Of a stretch of 64,000 nucleotides of DNA, positions 8,825 to 17,371 are shown piece by piece. Made by a program: the position numbers and the translations under genes. This stretch comes from Spirochaetota bacterium (GTDB lineage: Bacteria; Spirochaetota; Spirochaetia; Treponematales; UBA12059): NCBI GenBank assembly GCA_018816345.1, contig JAHIWG010000110.1, positions 22,399-86,398 on the forward strand. Direction: 5' to 3'. Position 1 is the stretch's first letter. Each line of letters opens with the position of its first letter. The notes beneath the pieces are model-generated. The model worked only from the letters and a program-made list of their open reading frames with translations. It was not told the DNA's origin and ran no database searches.

Positions 8825-10989
8825 GATGCTTCCTCCCCGGAGAACGGGATCGACGCCAGCACGCGCGTCCCCCCGTCCTTGGCCGAATCTATCTCGAGGG
8901 TCCCGCCGAAGCGCTCTATCCTCTGCCTTATGTTGCTGAGCCCGTAGCCGTGCGCCTCGGCGGCGTCCGCGGCGTCGAAGCCGGCCCCGTCGTCCTCGAT
9001 GAGCAGCCGGAGCGAGTCGCCGTCGGTCGAGAGGGACAGGGAGACCTCCGACGCGTTGGCGTGCTTGAGCGTGTTATTGAGCGCCTCCTGCGAGACCCAA
9101 TAGAGGAGCTCCTCCACGCGGCCGGAGAAGCGCACCCGCGGCACCGACAGCCTGGCTCGGATGCCGAGCCGCTTCTCCACGGTATCGAGCCGGCGGGCGA
9201 CCGCCCCCGCGAACCCGTCCTGCTCGAGCGCGAGCGGCATGAGCCCGTAGACGAGCAGCCGCATCTCCTTGAGCGCCTGCCTCGATATGTCGCCGATGGT
9301 CTCCAGGCGCTCGACGGTATTCCCGAAGTCGTTCCTGCGGGCGTAGTTGAGCCCGGTCTGGGCGAAGAGCGCCATGCTGTAGAGGAGCTGCGTGACCGAG
9401 TCGTGCAGCTCGCCGGCGAGGCGCTCGCGTTCCTCCACGACAGCCGTCCGCTCGGTCTTCTTCCATAGCTTGATGACCTCGACGGTCAGCCCCATCTGGG
9501 TGCCGACGGAGCTGAGCAGGGCGCGCTGCTCCGGGGAGAAGGGAGTCCCGGGCTCGCGCATCGCGCAGAGGACCCCGGCGACGCGCCCGCGCGCGCGGAG
9601 CGGCACGGCCATCATGGGAGCGGGTCCGCCGGGGCCGTCCCCCGCTCCCGGCGCCGCCGGGCGGCCCGGGCCCTCGGCGTCGCCGGGCAGGATGAGGCTC
9701 GAGCCGGAGCTGAGCACCCACGATATGTGCCCGTCGAGGACCGATGACGGGATGGAGCTCGCCCACGCCGACGTTCCCGTGGCCTTCTGTATGGCCAGCT
9801 CGGGGCGCTCCTCGCGCTCTCCCAGCAGGTAGATGGCTCCCCGGGTAGCGCCTACGGCCGAGAGGATAATGTCCAGCGAGCGGTCGAGCGTGCGCTCGAG
9901 CTCGGTGGACTCGGTGGCCGTCTCCATGAGCCGGTACAGGACGTCCAGGTGCCGGCTCCTGTCCTCCACGCTCTCCTCGAGGAAGCGCATCAGGTTCGCC
10001 TTCTCTATGGCCACCTTGAGCTGCCCCGCTATGGTCATAAGGAGGCGCCTATCGGCCTCCGAGAAGCCGTCGCCCCGGCGGCTCTCGGCTAGGATGATGC
10101 CGATGACGGCGTCCCCCGACTTAATGGGCACGCATACCGACGAGTGGGAGCCGTGCGCGCTCGAGCGAGGCATCGCCTCGCGGGCCAGGTCGTCCACGAT
10201 GAAGCCCTCGGCGCCCTCGCCTATGAGGCCGAGGAATTTATTGACGTGCGACTCGGGCATGTCGAAGGTTACCGAGGCCGGGAATTTCTCTACGGAGCCG
10301 CCCCTGGACAGGAATATGCCGCACGAGTCGATGTCGAGGGCCTTCGCTATCATCGACGCCACCGACGAGAAGGAACCCACGTAGTCGCCCCACTCGTCGC
10401 CCATCGTCGCGATGCCGTTGAGAATGGTGAGCTCCTCGAGGTTCTTCCGTATCTCGCCCTCGGCCCGCTTCCTGTCGGAGATGTCGCGGACTATGCCCCC
10501 CGATACGGTGGCCGACTCCAGGCGGACGCGGAACAGGATTATCTCGATGAAGCGCCTGACGCCGTCCGAGCATTCGATGACGTTCTCCACCGAAAGCTTG
10601 TGCCGCGTCATAGTGCCGGTACGCATGAAGCCCTCGTACCCCTGCCTGATGCGCTCGAGCATACCCTGGTTGCGCACCTCGGGCCGCATGAGGCCGAACA
10701 TCACCTCGAACATGTTGCGGCCCATCGTGCCCGCCCTGTCGAGCGCCGTGATCGCCTCCATGCTCTTGTTCCACTCGAAGATCCGGCCCTGGAAGTCCAT
10801 GAGGAAGATGCCGTTGGGAGACTGCTCCACGACGCTCCTGAACAGCTCCTCGTTCACCCGGAGCTGGCCGACGGTCTCCTCGGTGGGCATATCGGCGACG
10901 CGGCGACGCAGCGAGGCGAGTTCCTCGACGAGCTCCTCGCGCGACATGGAATCGAGGCCTTCCCTGCACGGCTCGACCGGGCGTCCCAT
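8821..10989 (-). CDS. PAS/GAF/GAF sensor histidine kinase (HisKA_3 type)
   Basis: PAS-PAC, two GAF-like segments, ERERLAGELHDSVTQ, QEALNN..KHA, DDGAGFD, GYGL; ATGA overlap with the response regulator. Confidence 0.93.
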   Translation of the reverse strand: MGRPVEPCREGLDSMSREELVEELASLRRRVADMPTEETVGQLRVNEELFRSVVEQSPNGIFLMDFQGRIFEWNKSMEAITALDRAGTMGRNMFEVMFGLMRPEVRNQGMLERIRQGYEGFMRTGTMTRHKLSVENVIECSDGVRRFIEIILFRVRLESATVSGGIVRDISDRKRAEGEIRKNLEELTILNGIATMGDEWGDYVGSFSSVASMIAKALDIDSCGIFLSRGGSVEKFPASVTFDMPESHVNKFLGLIGEGAEGFIVDDLAREAMPRSSAHGSHSSVCVPIKSGDAVIGIILAESRRGDGFSEADRRLLMTIAGQLKVAIEKANLMRFLEESVEDRSRHLDVLYRLMETATESTELERTLDRSLDIILSAVGATRGAIYLLGEREERPELAIQKATGTSAWASSIPSSVLDGHISWVLSSGSSLILPGDAEGPGRPAAPGAGDGPGGPAPMMAVPLRARGRVAGVLCAMREPGTPFSPEQRALLSSVGTQMGLTVEVIKLWKKTERTAVVEERERLAGELHDSVTQLLYSMALFAQTGLNYARRNDFGNTVERLETIGDISRQALKEMRLLVYGLMPLALEQDGFAGAVARRLDTVEKRLGIRARLSVPRVRFSGRVEELLYWVSQEALNNTLKHANASEVSLSLSTDGDSLRLLIEDDGAGFDAADAAEAHGYGLSNIRQRIERFGGTLEIDSAKDGGTRVLASIPFSGEEAS

Positions 10990-10992
10990 GCG

Positions 10993-11904
10993 CTAGGCCC
11001 CGTGCGCCCCGTGCGCCCGGACGTCCCCGTAGGCCCCGACGCCCCCGTACGCCTCGTCCGGCAGGGGACGGAGCCAGGCGGTGGCCCGGGCGCCCGCCGC
11101 CTTGCCCGCGCCGATCGACTCGGCGAGTCCCGCGCCGCCCCGCCTGGACGCGAGGAAGGCGGCTATGAACGCGTCGCCGCAGCCCACGGTCGTGCCCGCT
11201 ACCGGCACGGCCTCGACCGGCGACCACGACTCGCGGCCCGACGCCCCGTCGAGCGCGAGCACGCCGCGCGAGCCCATGGTAACGACGACGAGCCTGCCCA
11301 GGTCGAAGGCGACCCGCCTGATCTCCGAGACCGCCGCGTCGCCGGGCCCGCCCGGCCAGCCTACGAAGCCTACGTCGAGGCGGCCCATGGTCTCCCGGAA
11401 GCGCGAGCCGTCGTAGTGCCTGAAATCCAGGAAGTCGCCGCTCGACTCGAGCCCGGAAAGCCGGCCCGAGTCGCCGAGCCTGTGGACCTCCCGTACGACG
11501 GGGTCGACGAGCACCGCGTGCAGGCGCCCGGCCCCGGACAGCCACGCCTCCTCGGAGGCGGTCAGGCGGAAATCGGCCCAGACGCCGGGCGCGAAGTTAT
11601 CCATCCACGGCTGCCTATCCTCGCGCGTCGTTATGTCTATCGACGCCGAAGGGCCGGCCCCGACGATGGAATCCGCCGCGTAGCCGATGCCGTGCCTGTC
11701 GAGGAAGCCCAGGAACAGGTCGGGACGATCGTCTCCTATCCTCGTGAGGAGCCTGAACGGGAGGCCGGCCCGCGACCAGTGCCAGGCCACGTTCAGGGCT
11801 CCGCCGCCGGGCAGGTCGAGCCCTTCCGCCTTATACCGGTCGAGGCTGACCGGGCCGAGCAGGGCGGTTTCGATAGGCCGGCCCGGGGCGCGCGCGCTCG
11901 TCAC
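10993..11904 (-). CDS. PfkB family carbohydrate kinase (FrlD-like), copy 2
   Basis: PGGGALNVA, RIGDD, VVVTMGSRG, VGCGDAF anion-hole motif. Confidence 0.88.
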   Translation of the reverse strand: MTSARAPGRPIETALLGPVSLDRYKAEGLDLPGGGALNVAWHWSRAGLPFRLLTRIGDDRPDLFLGFLDRHGIGYAADSIVGAGPSASIDITTREDRQPWMDNFAPGVWADFRLTASEEAWLSGAGRLHAVLVDPVVREVHRLGDSGRLSGLESSGDFLDFRHYDGSRFRETMGRLDVGFVGWPGGPGDAAVSEIRRVAFDLGRLVVVTMGSRGVLALDGASGRESWSPVEAVPVAGTTVGCGDAFIAAFLASRRGGAGLAESIGAGKAAGARATAWLRPLPDEAYGGVGAYGDVRAHGAHGA

Positions 11905-12650
11905 AGGCCCTCGAGGGGTCGGGCCCGTTGATCGCCTATAGCGAGGAAGCGGTCGTACCGGACCTCTATCACCTTGCTCATCTGCCAGAACGCCTCCACC
12001 GACAGGTGGCCGCAGCCCTCGGAGTGGTACCAGTCGACGCGGTTAGGCAGGGTCGCGAGGAGGGCCGGGTCGTGGACCGGCACGACGGCGGGGCTGAGCG
12101 CGTAGCCCGGCGAAAGGGGGTCGCGTATCTGCAGGAGGAACCGGCCCCCCATCCCCCGGGCCCGGGGCACGCTTAGGATCTCGCCCGTCCCCAGGTCCTC
12201 GAGCTCCGCGGTCCCGGCGTCCGTGTCGACCACGGAGGGCCAGCCCGGGTCGGCGGCGAGCTCGGCCATCACGCGGCGGACGGATATGTCCTGGTAGTGG
12301 TTCATCGGCGTCGACGGCTGGTCGTAGTCGTCGTCGTAGACGTTATCGACGGCGTAGTCGTAGACGTTGCCGCAGTCGATCGATAGGAACTCGACGAGGG
12401 CCGGCCGGTCGCGGAGGAACCGCCTATACGCCTCCTCGTACTCGGCGATCGCGAGGCTGACCGGGACCACGGCCCCGCGGACCACGTGCGCGTAGCGCCA
12501 CCCGTCGGCGCCGAACCGTCGGTCGAGCGCCTCCTTCCGGCTAGCCTTGGCGGCCCCTGAGAAGCCGGGAGACCCCACGGGGATCCATACCGCCCCTAGC
12601 CGCCCGAGCGCGTCCCCGCCCATCCCCGTAGCCAGTCCGCCTGCGCTCAT
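11901..12650 (-). CDS. Hypothetical protein (249 aa) between two PfkB kinases
   Basis: ATG 12650 overlaps the upstream TGA (ATGA) with SD AGGAGGGG; its stop overlaps the next start. Motifs NVYD, HYQDISVRR, LSPAVVPVH, SVEAFWQMSK. Confidence 0.8.
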   Translation of the reverse strand: MSAGGLATGMGGDALGRLGAVWIPVGSPGFSGAAKASRKEALDRRFGADGWRYAHVVRGAVVPVSLAIAEYEEAYRRFLRDRPALVEFLSIDCGNVYDYAVDNVYDDDYDQPSTPMNHYQDISVRRVMAELAADPGWPSVVDTDAGTAELEDLGTGEILSVPRARGMGGRFLLQIRDPLSPGYALSPAVVPVHDPALLATLPNRVDWYHSEGCGHLSVEAFWQMSKVIEVRYDRFLAIGDQRARPLEGL

Positions 12651-13540
12651 CGCCCCTCCTTCGCTCGGGCGCCCGCCGCCGGACGCGGCGCCGGCTCGTA
12701 CGCCTCGTCGGGCAGGGCGCGGCGCCACGCGGTGGCCCGGGCTCCCGCGGTCTTGCCGCGCTCTATGGCGGCTTCCAGGTCGGCGCCGCGCCTCCGGGCC
12801 GCCAGGAAGGCCGCCGTGAAGGCGTCGCCGCAGCCGACGGAGGAACCTGCTATGGGCACGGCCTCGACGGGCACGAACAGCTGCCTGCGGGCCGCGCCGT
12901 CGAAGGCCAGGACCCCGCGCTCGCCGAGGGTCACGACGACCAGGCGGCCGAGGTCGAAGGCGACCTCGCGCATGCCCTCGACGGCGGGATCGTCGGGCGC
13001 CCCGGCCCAGCCTACGAAGGCCGCGCGCAGGAAGCGCATCGTGTCGCGGAAGCGGGCCGCGTCGTAGTACCTGTAGTCGAGGAAGTCCCCGCTGGACTCC
13101 AGCCCGGCCAGGTACCCCGCCTCCCCGAGCCTGTGGACCTCGCGTATGACCGGCTCGACGAGCATCGCGTGCAGTCCCCGCGCCCCGGCTATAGCCTCGT
13201 CCTCGGCGCCGGACAGGCGCAGGCCCGCCCAGACGCCGGGGGAGTAGTTGTCCATGACGGTCTGGCCGTCAGCCAGCACCCGTATGTCTATCGAGGCCGT
13301 GAGCCCCGGGACGACGAGGGTCCCGGGATCGTGGGCGATGCCGTGGCGCTCGAGGAAGCCCAGGAACGCCGCGGTAGCGTCGTCACCGATCCGCGAGACG
13401 ACGCGGAAGGGCTCTCCCGATATCATCCAGGCGTAGGCGATATTGAGGGCGCCGCCGCCCGGCAGCGCGAGGGATTCCTCGACGTAGCGGTCGAGGGTTA
13501 GCGGCCCGAGCAGGACCGTATCGGTAGAAGCAATAGGCAC
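12647..13540 (-). CDS. PfkB family carbohydrate kinase (FrlD-like), copy 1
   Basis: GTG 13540 after GGAGG; same motifs as 10993-11904 and an obvious paralogue (shared REVHRLG, LESSGDFLD, VAFDLGRLVVVT, GARATAW.R.LPDEAY). Confidence 0.88.
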   Translation of the reverse strand: MPIASTDTVLLGPLTLDRYVEESLALPGGGALNIAYAWMISGEPFRVVSRIGDDATAAFLGFLERHGIAHDPGTLVVPGLTASIDIRVLADGQTVMDNYSPGVWAGLRLSGAEDEAIAGARGLHAMLVEPVIREVHRLGEAGYLAGLESSGDFLDYRYYDAARFRDTMRFLRAAFVGWAGAPDDPAVEGMREVAFDLGRLVVVTLGERGVLAFDGAARRQLFVPVEAVPIAGSSVGCGDAFTAAFLAARRRGADLEAAIERGKTAGARATAWRRALPDEAYEPAPRPAAGARAKEGR

Positions 13541-13679
13541 GGGTCCTCCGAAGATGAACAGCATTATACCCTATACGGGCTCGTGTCAACGCCGAAGATC
13601 CTGAGCGACGCGTTTCCATCGGCCGATCAAATCAGTATCTTTCCTAGTACTATCTATACCATCATATACGGGGGGCGCC

Positions 13680-14486
13680 ATGAACACCACGGCCAACAGG
13701 AAAGCATGGGGCGTCGCGACGGCGGCCGGCTTCACGCTCATGATAACGCTGAACGCGCTCGCCAACGCGTTGCCGCTGAACGGGGTTAACACGGGTCAGC
13801 TATCCGACGAGATACCGAACCTGTTCGTACCGACCGGACTGACGTTCGCGATATGGGGGGTCATATACCTCCTGCTCCTGGGCTACGTCGTCGCCGCGCT
13901 ACGCGACGCCTTCTCCAACGCCGGGGGAGCGCTCTGGGATAGCGAGGACGGCAAGCTCTTCAGCGCTAACGCCTCGCTCAACGCGGCATGGATACTGGCC
14001 TGGCACTGGCGCTCTATCGCGCTATCCCTCCTGATAATGGTCGGCATATTGGCAACGCTCATAGCCATGATGGAGCGGAACCACGCCCGAGGCCCGATAG
14101 CGGCCTCGGACGCTAATCGCGTCTCGCGCTTCCTATTGCGCGTACCCGTCCTCGTATACCTGGGATGGATATGCGTGGCTACCATAGCCAACGTCACGGC
14201 CTTCCTCGTCACGATAGGCTGGAACGGCTTCGGGATCCCCCAGCTCTGGTGGGCCGTGCTCGTAGTGGCCGTCGGGGCGATCGTGGGAGGCGCGCTCGTC
14301 CTAGGGCGAGGCGCCGTATCGTCCGGCCTCGTGGTTATATGGGCCTACGCCGGCATCGTCATCAAGAGGAGCGCAACGGACCCGTCCTCCACCGCGCCCC
14401 TCATCGTAGCGGCCTATATAGGCATAGCCGCCGTAGCCGTCGCCATCATCCTCCGCCTGTACTTGTCGAGGAAAGCCGTAGCCTAG
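13680..14486 (+). CDS. Tryptophan-rich sensory (TspO/MBR-related) membrane protein
   Basis: NALANALPLNG..TGQLSD..PNLF.P.G.TFAIWGVIY, N.AWI.AWH, YLGWI.VATIAN. Confidence 0.8.
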   Translation: MNTTANRKAWGVATAAGFTLMITLNALANALPLNGVNTGQLSDEIPNLFVPTGLTFAIWGVIYLLLLGYVVAALRDAFSNAGGALWDSEDGKLFSANASLNAAWILAWHWRSIALSLLIMVGILATLIAMMERNHARGPIAASDANRVSRFLLRVPVLVYLGWICVATIANVTAFLVTIGWNGFGIPQLWWAVLVVAVGAIVGGALVLGRGAVSSGLVVIWAYAGIVIKRSATDPSSTAPLIVAAYIGIAAVAVAIILRLYLSRKAVA

Positions 14487-14604
14487 AGCCCGGCCTGCCG
14501 ATTTTCTTTAATAATTGTTAGCGGCAAGGCCTTGATTATGATTTTTAATGACTATATCCCTTCTTTCGAGCCGTTATAACGGCCCATGGAAGGAAACGCG
14601 ACGC

Positions 14605-15594
14605 ATGGACAAGCAGCGGTTAAGGGAGCTCGAGGAGCTCATAGCGAGGGACTACGGCGACGTCACGGGCGTCGTCGTCCGGCGACGAGGGGATGTCGCC
14701 TACGAGGGCTACTTCAACGGGTACGCCGCGGCCGACGCCGTACACGTGTACTCGGTGACTAAGAGCGTAGTATCGTCGCTCGTTGGCATAGCCGTCGACA
14801 AGGGGCTGATCGATAGCGTGGAACGGAAGGTCCTGGACTTCTTCCCGGAGTACGCCGTCCAGCCCGGCGAGCGGACTATACGGGACGTGACCGTCAAGCA
14901 CCTGCTCACGATGACAGCGCCGTATAAGTACGACGCGGAGCCGTACGAGGCGTTCTTCTCCAGCCCGGAGCCTATCAGGGACGCGCTCGACCTCCTAGGC
15001 GGCGATAAGCCGATCGGGGCGTTCAATTATTCAGCCATTGGGGGCACCCACCTCCTTTCTGGCATCCTCGCCAGGGCGACGGGGCGGTCAGTACGGGAAT
15101 TCGCCGTGGAGAACCTATTCTCGCCCCTGGGGATAGACGTGCCGCGCGACGTGGCGCTTCGTAGCCAGGAAGAGCACGTCGCCGTCATGCAGGACAGGAA
15201 TACCCGCGGCTGGGCCGTCGACCCGCAAGGGCTGAGCGCGGCCGGCTGGGGACTCTTCCTCACGCCCTCCGACATGGCCAAGCTGGGCCAGCTCTACCTG
15301 AGCGGCGGGACCTGGGACGGAAGGCGCCTAGTATCGTCCCGATGGATAGAGGAGAGCACCGAGGAACATAGCCGCTGCGCCGAATGGGGCCCCAAAGGGG
15401 GTGGCCTGGCGTACGGGTATCTATGGTGGCTGCTGGACGGGGAAAGCTACGCCGCCCTGGGCGACGGCGGCAACGCCATCTACGTCAACGTTACCAAGGG
15501 CTTGGTCGTAACCGTCGCCTCGCTATTCACGCCGGAAGCCAAGGACAGCGTCGAGCTGATCAAGAGATACCTAGAACCGGCCTTCGCGGGTTGA
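14605..15594 (+). CDS. Serine hydrolase, beta-lactamase class C-like family
   Basis: SVTKS (SxxK), HLLTMT, FNYS, LF.PLGI, DMAKLGQLYL..G.W, YGYLWW, G.GG. Confidence 0.9.
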   Translation: MDKQRLRELEELIARDYGDVTGVVVRRRGDVAYEGYFNGYAAADAVHVYSVTKSVVSSLVGIAVDKGLIDSVERKVLDFFPEYAVQPGERTIRDVTVKHLLTMTAPYKYDAEPYEAFFSSPEPIRDALDLLGGDKPIGAFNYSAIGGTHLLSGILARATGRSVREFAVENLFSPLGIDVPRDVALRSQEEHVAVMQDRNTRGWAVDPQGLSAAGWGLFLTPSDMAKLGQLYLSGGTWDGRRLVSSRWIEESTEEHSRCAEWGPKGGGLAYGYLWWLLDGESYAALGDGGNAIYVNVTKGLVVTVASLFTPEAKDSVELIKRYLEPAFAG

Positions 15595-15599
15595 GGACG

Positions 15600-15636
15600 C
15601 CTACCCCGATCAGCGTTATAAACGGATCGGGGTAGG
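15600..15636. terminator. Stem-loop between the convergent serine hydrolase and pyrBI genes
   Basis: Inverted repeat CCTACCCCGATC / GATCGGGGTAGG. Confidence 0.55.
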
Positions 15637-15694
15637 AACACGACTAATCCGCGGCGGCGCTAATGACCTATACGTCCGTGCCGCAGAGTCGCGC

Positions 15695-17272
15695 TTATAT
15701 CCATATCTCGGAGTAATTGTGCTCGCGCTCGCACCAGCGGCAGACGAAGGTGTCGGTGCCTTTTTTTCGCGAGAACGACGTCTCGACGTGCTCCTGGTGG
15801 GAGGGGTGCGAGACGCACAGCTCGTTACGGCAGGCGATGTCGTCGAAGTTGTAGATCCTAGGCGGCATGCCCAGGCGGTACTTCTTGACGACCTCGCGAT
15901 CCTTCACCAGGTTGAGCGTGCAGCCTGGCGATACGGCGCCGAGCCGCTTCAGGTCCTTCTCTCCGAACGACAGGAGGTCGGGGACGGACACTATGCCCTT
16001 GAAATCGCCCGAGTTAGTATGGTAGACGCCGTGGGACGAGCGCACGTTGAGCCCCAATACTCGCCGTATCTTGTCGATGCGGTTCCATATCTGCTCGACG
16101 GGCGCCCCGGGGGCTATATGGTCGATGACGAGGCCCGACTCGACGGGCTTGATGCCCACCTTGTACTCGGGCTTGGCGCTGTTCGACACGGGCGCCTCGA
16201 GCACGAATTCCTCGTCGGCCGCGGGAGCGGCGAGGCCCTCGCCCTCGAAGTCGTCGCCCAGGACGCCCGACAGCATGCCCATCAGGGCGGCGCGGGTATA
16301 GTAGCCGTTGGCCGACTGCGCGTCCCACGCGTTCAGGGGCGTGTCGTCCAGGAAGCCCGGGATGACGGGAGCCAGGCGGTCGCGGGGCAGGGGGTGATAG
16401 AAGCGCGTGCCGGAAGGGAGCTTATCCGTCATGTCCTTGCGGAAGGTGACCGCCTTGCGGAGGGCCGGAGCCTTCTCCAGCACCGACTCTCCCATGCGCT
16501 CCAGCTGGAGCCTCGTGAAGTACCAGATGCTCGCGGCCTTTCCGGAGGCGAGGTACTCGTCTATGGAGCCGTAGGTCCTGACCTCGAAACCGTTGCGCCG
16601 CATCTTCTCCGCGTAGTGCTCGGGCATGGCCAGCTCGGGCGGGGCGACGAGATCGACGACGACCTCCCGGAAGGCGCGCAGGCCGTCGGCCTTGGAGTGC
16701 ACGGTGCGGCCGTGGTGGAGGTCGCCGAGCAGGGCCAGGTGGATCCGGCCGTCGTCCCAGCCGAGCTGCTCCAGGAAGCTGAACTCGTCGAGGAATTCCT
16801 GGGTCGGGTGCTCGTGCTTGCCGTCGCCGGCGTTGATGAAGGAGGGGCGCGCGTAGCCGGAGCGCTCCGCCCAGGGCCCTAGGTAGTCGGCCAGCCAGGA
16901 GCAGGCGCCCTCCAGCTTCGACCGGATGACGAAGCACGACTCGGGCGCGTACCCGACGAGCATCTTGATGGCGTCGGTCAGGCTCTCGTTCTTGGCGAAC
17001 GACGAGGTGGCCGCGTCGAACATGGTGGCCCTGACCCTATGGAACAGGGCGGCGTTGCGGAAGCTCTCGCGCGTCCTCGTGGAGTTCTCCAGGAACACGA
17101 GGTAGGCCGAGTAGTCGGGATCGCCGATCCTGAACCGCGACGCCTCCCCGCCGGCGGCCGTCTCGGCCTTCAGCTCCCTCGCCTTGGCGTACAGGTAGCG
17201 TTGCTCGTCTAGGGAGAGGTCCCCTACCACCCCTACCGACCTGCCCTTGAACCGTCCGTTCCTCTTCGTCAT
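15695..17272 (-). CDS. pyrB: Bifunctional aspartate carbamoyltransferase, catalytic + regulatory chain fusion (PyrBI)
   Basis: F.ENSTRT..SF, NAGDGKHEHPTQ..LD, GDL.HGRTVHS, YHPLPR; C-terminal PyrI domain (G.VIDHI, C.N..C......C..CE zinc site). The fusion is known in Treponema and Thermotoga. Confidence 0.95.
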   Translation of the reverse strand: MTKRNGRFKGRSVGVVGDLSLDEQRYLYAKARELKAETAAGGEASRFRIGDPDYSAYLVFLENSTRTRESFRNAALFHRVRATMFDAATSSFAKNESLTDAIKMLVGYAPESCFVIRSKLEGACSWLADYLGPWAERSGYARPSFINAGDGKHEHPTQEFLDEFSFLEQLGWDDGRIHLALLGDLHHGRTVHSKADGLRAFREVVVDLVAPPELAMPEHYAEKMRRNGFEVRTYGSIDEYLASGKAASIWYFTRLQLERMGESVLEKAPALRKAVTFRKDMTDKLPSGTRFYHPLPRDRLAPVIPGFLDDTPLNAWDAQSANGYYTRAALMGMLSGVLGDDFEGEGLAAPAADEEFVLEAPVSNSAKPEYKVGIKPVESGLVIDHIAPGAPVEQIWNRIDKIRRVLGLNVRSSHGVYHTNSGDFKGIVSVPDLLSFGEKDLKRLGAVSPGCTLNLVKDREVVKKYRLGMPPRIYNFDDIACRNELCVSHPSHQEHVETSFSRKKGTDTFVCRWCEREHNYSEIWI

Positions 17273-17331
17273 CTGCGCATCTCCCTTTCGCGCGCTTCCC
17301 CCGGGAGCGCTCCGGCCCCGAGGGAAAGCGT

Positions 17332-17371
17332 AAAAAAAAAGGCGGAAGGCACGACGCCTTCCGCCAAAAAA
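17332..17371 (-). terminator. Intrinsic terminator / candidate attenuator directly upstream of pyrBI
   Basis: Minus strand reads TGA-T6-GGCGGAAGGC-GTCGT-GCCTTCCGCC-T9. Confidence 0.8.

Noticed and set aside
10144-11931. 595-aa plus-strand ORF and similar long antisense ORFs (22038-23378, 28981-30249, 55447-56766)
   Set aside because: Shadow frames of well-supported opposite-strand genes, expected at high GC; R/G/A/P-rich with no motifs.
15695-17272. PyrB-PyrI fusion as a novelty
   Set aside because: Already described in Treponema denticola and Thermotoga.
17273-17340. PyrR-binding leader
   Set aside because: No match to the PyrR consensus loop (UCCAGAGAG-like) and no pyrR gene in view.
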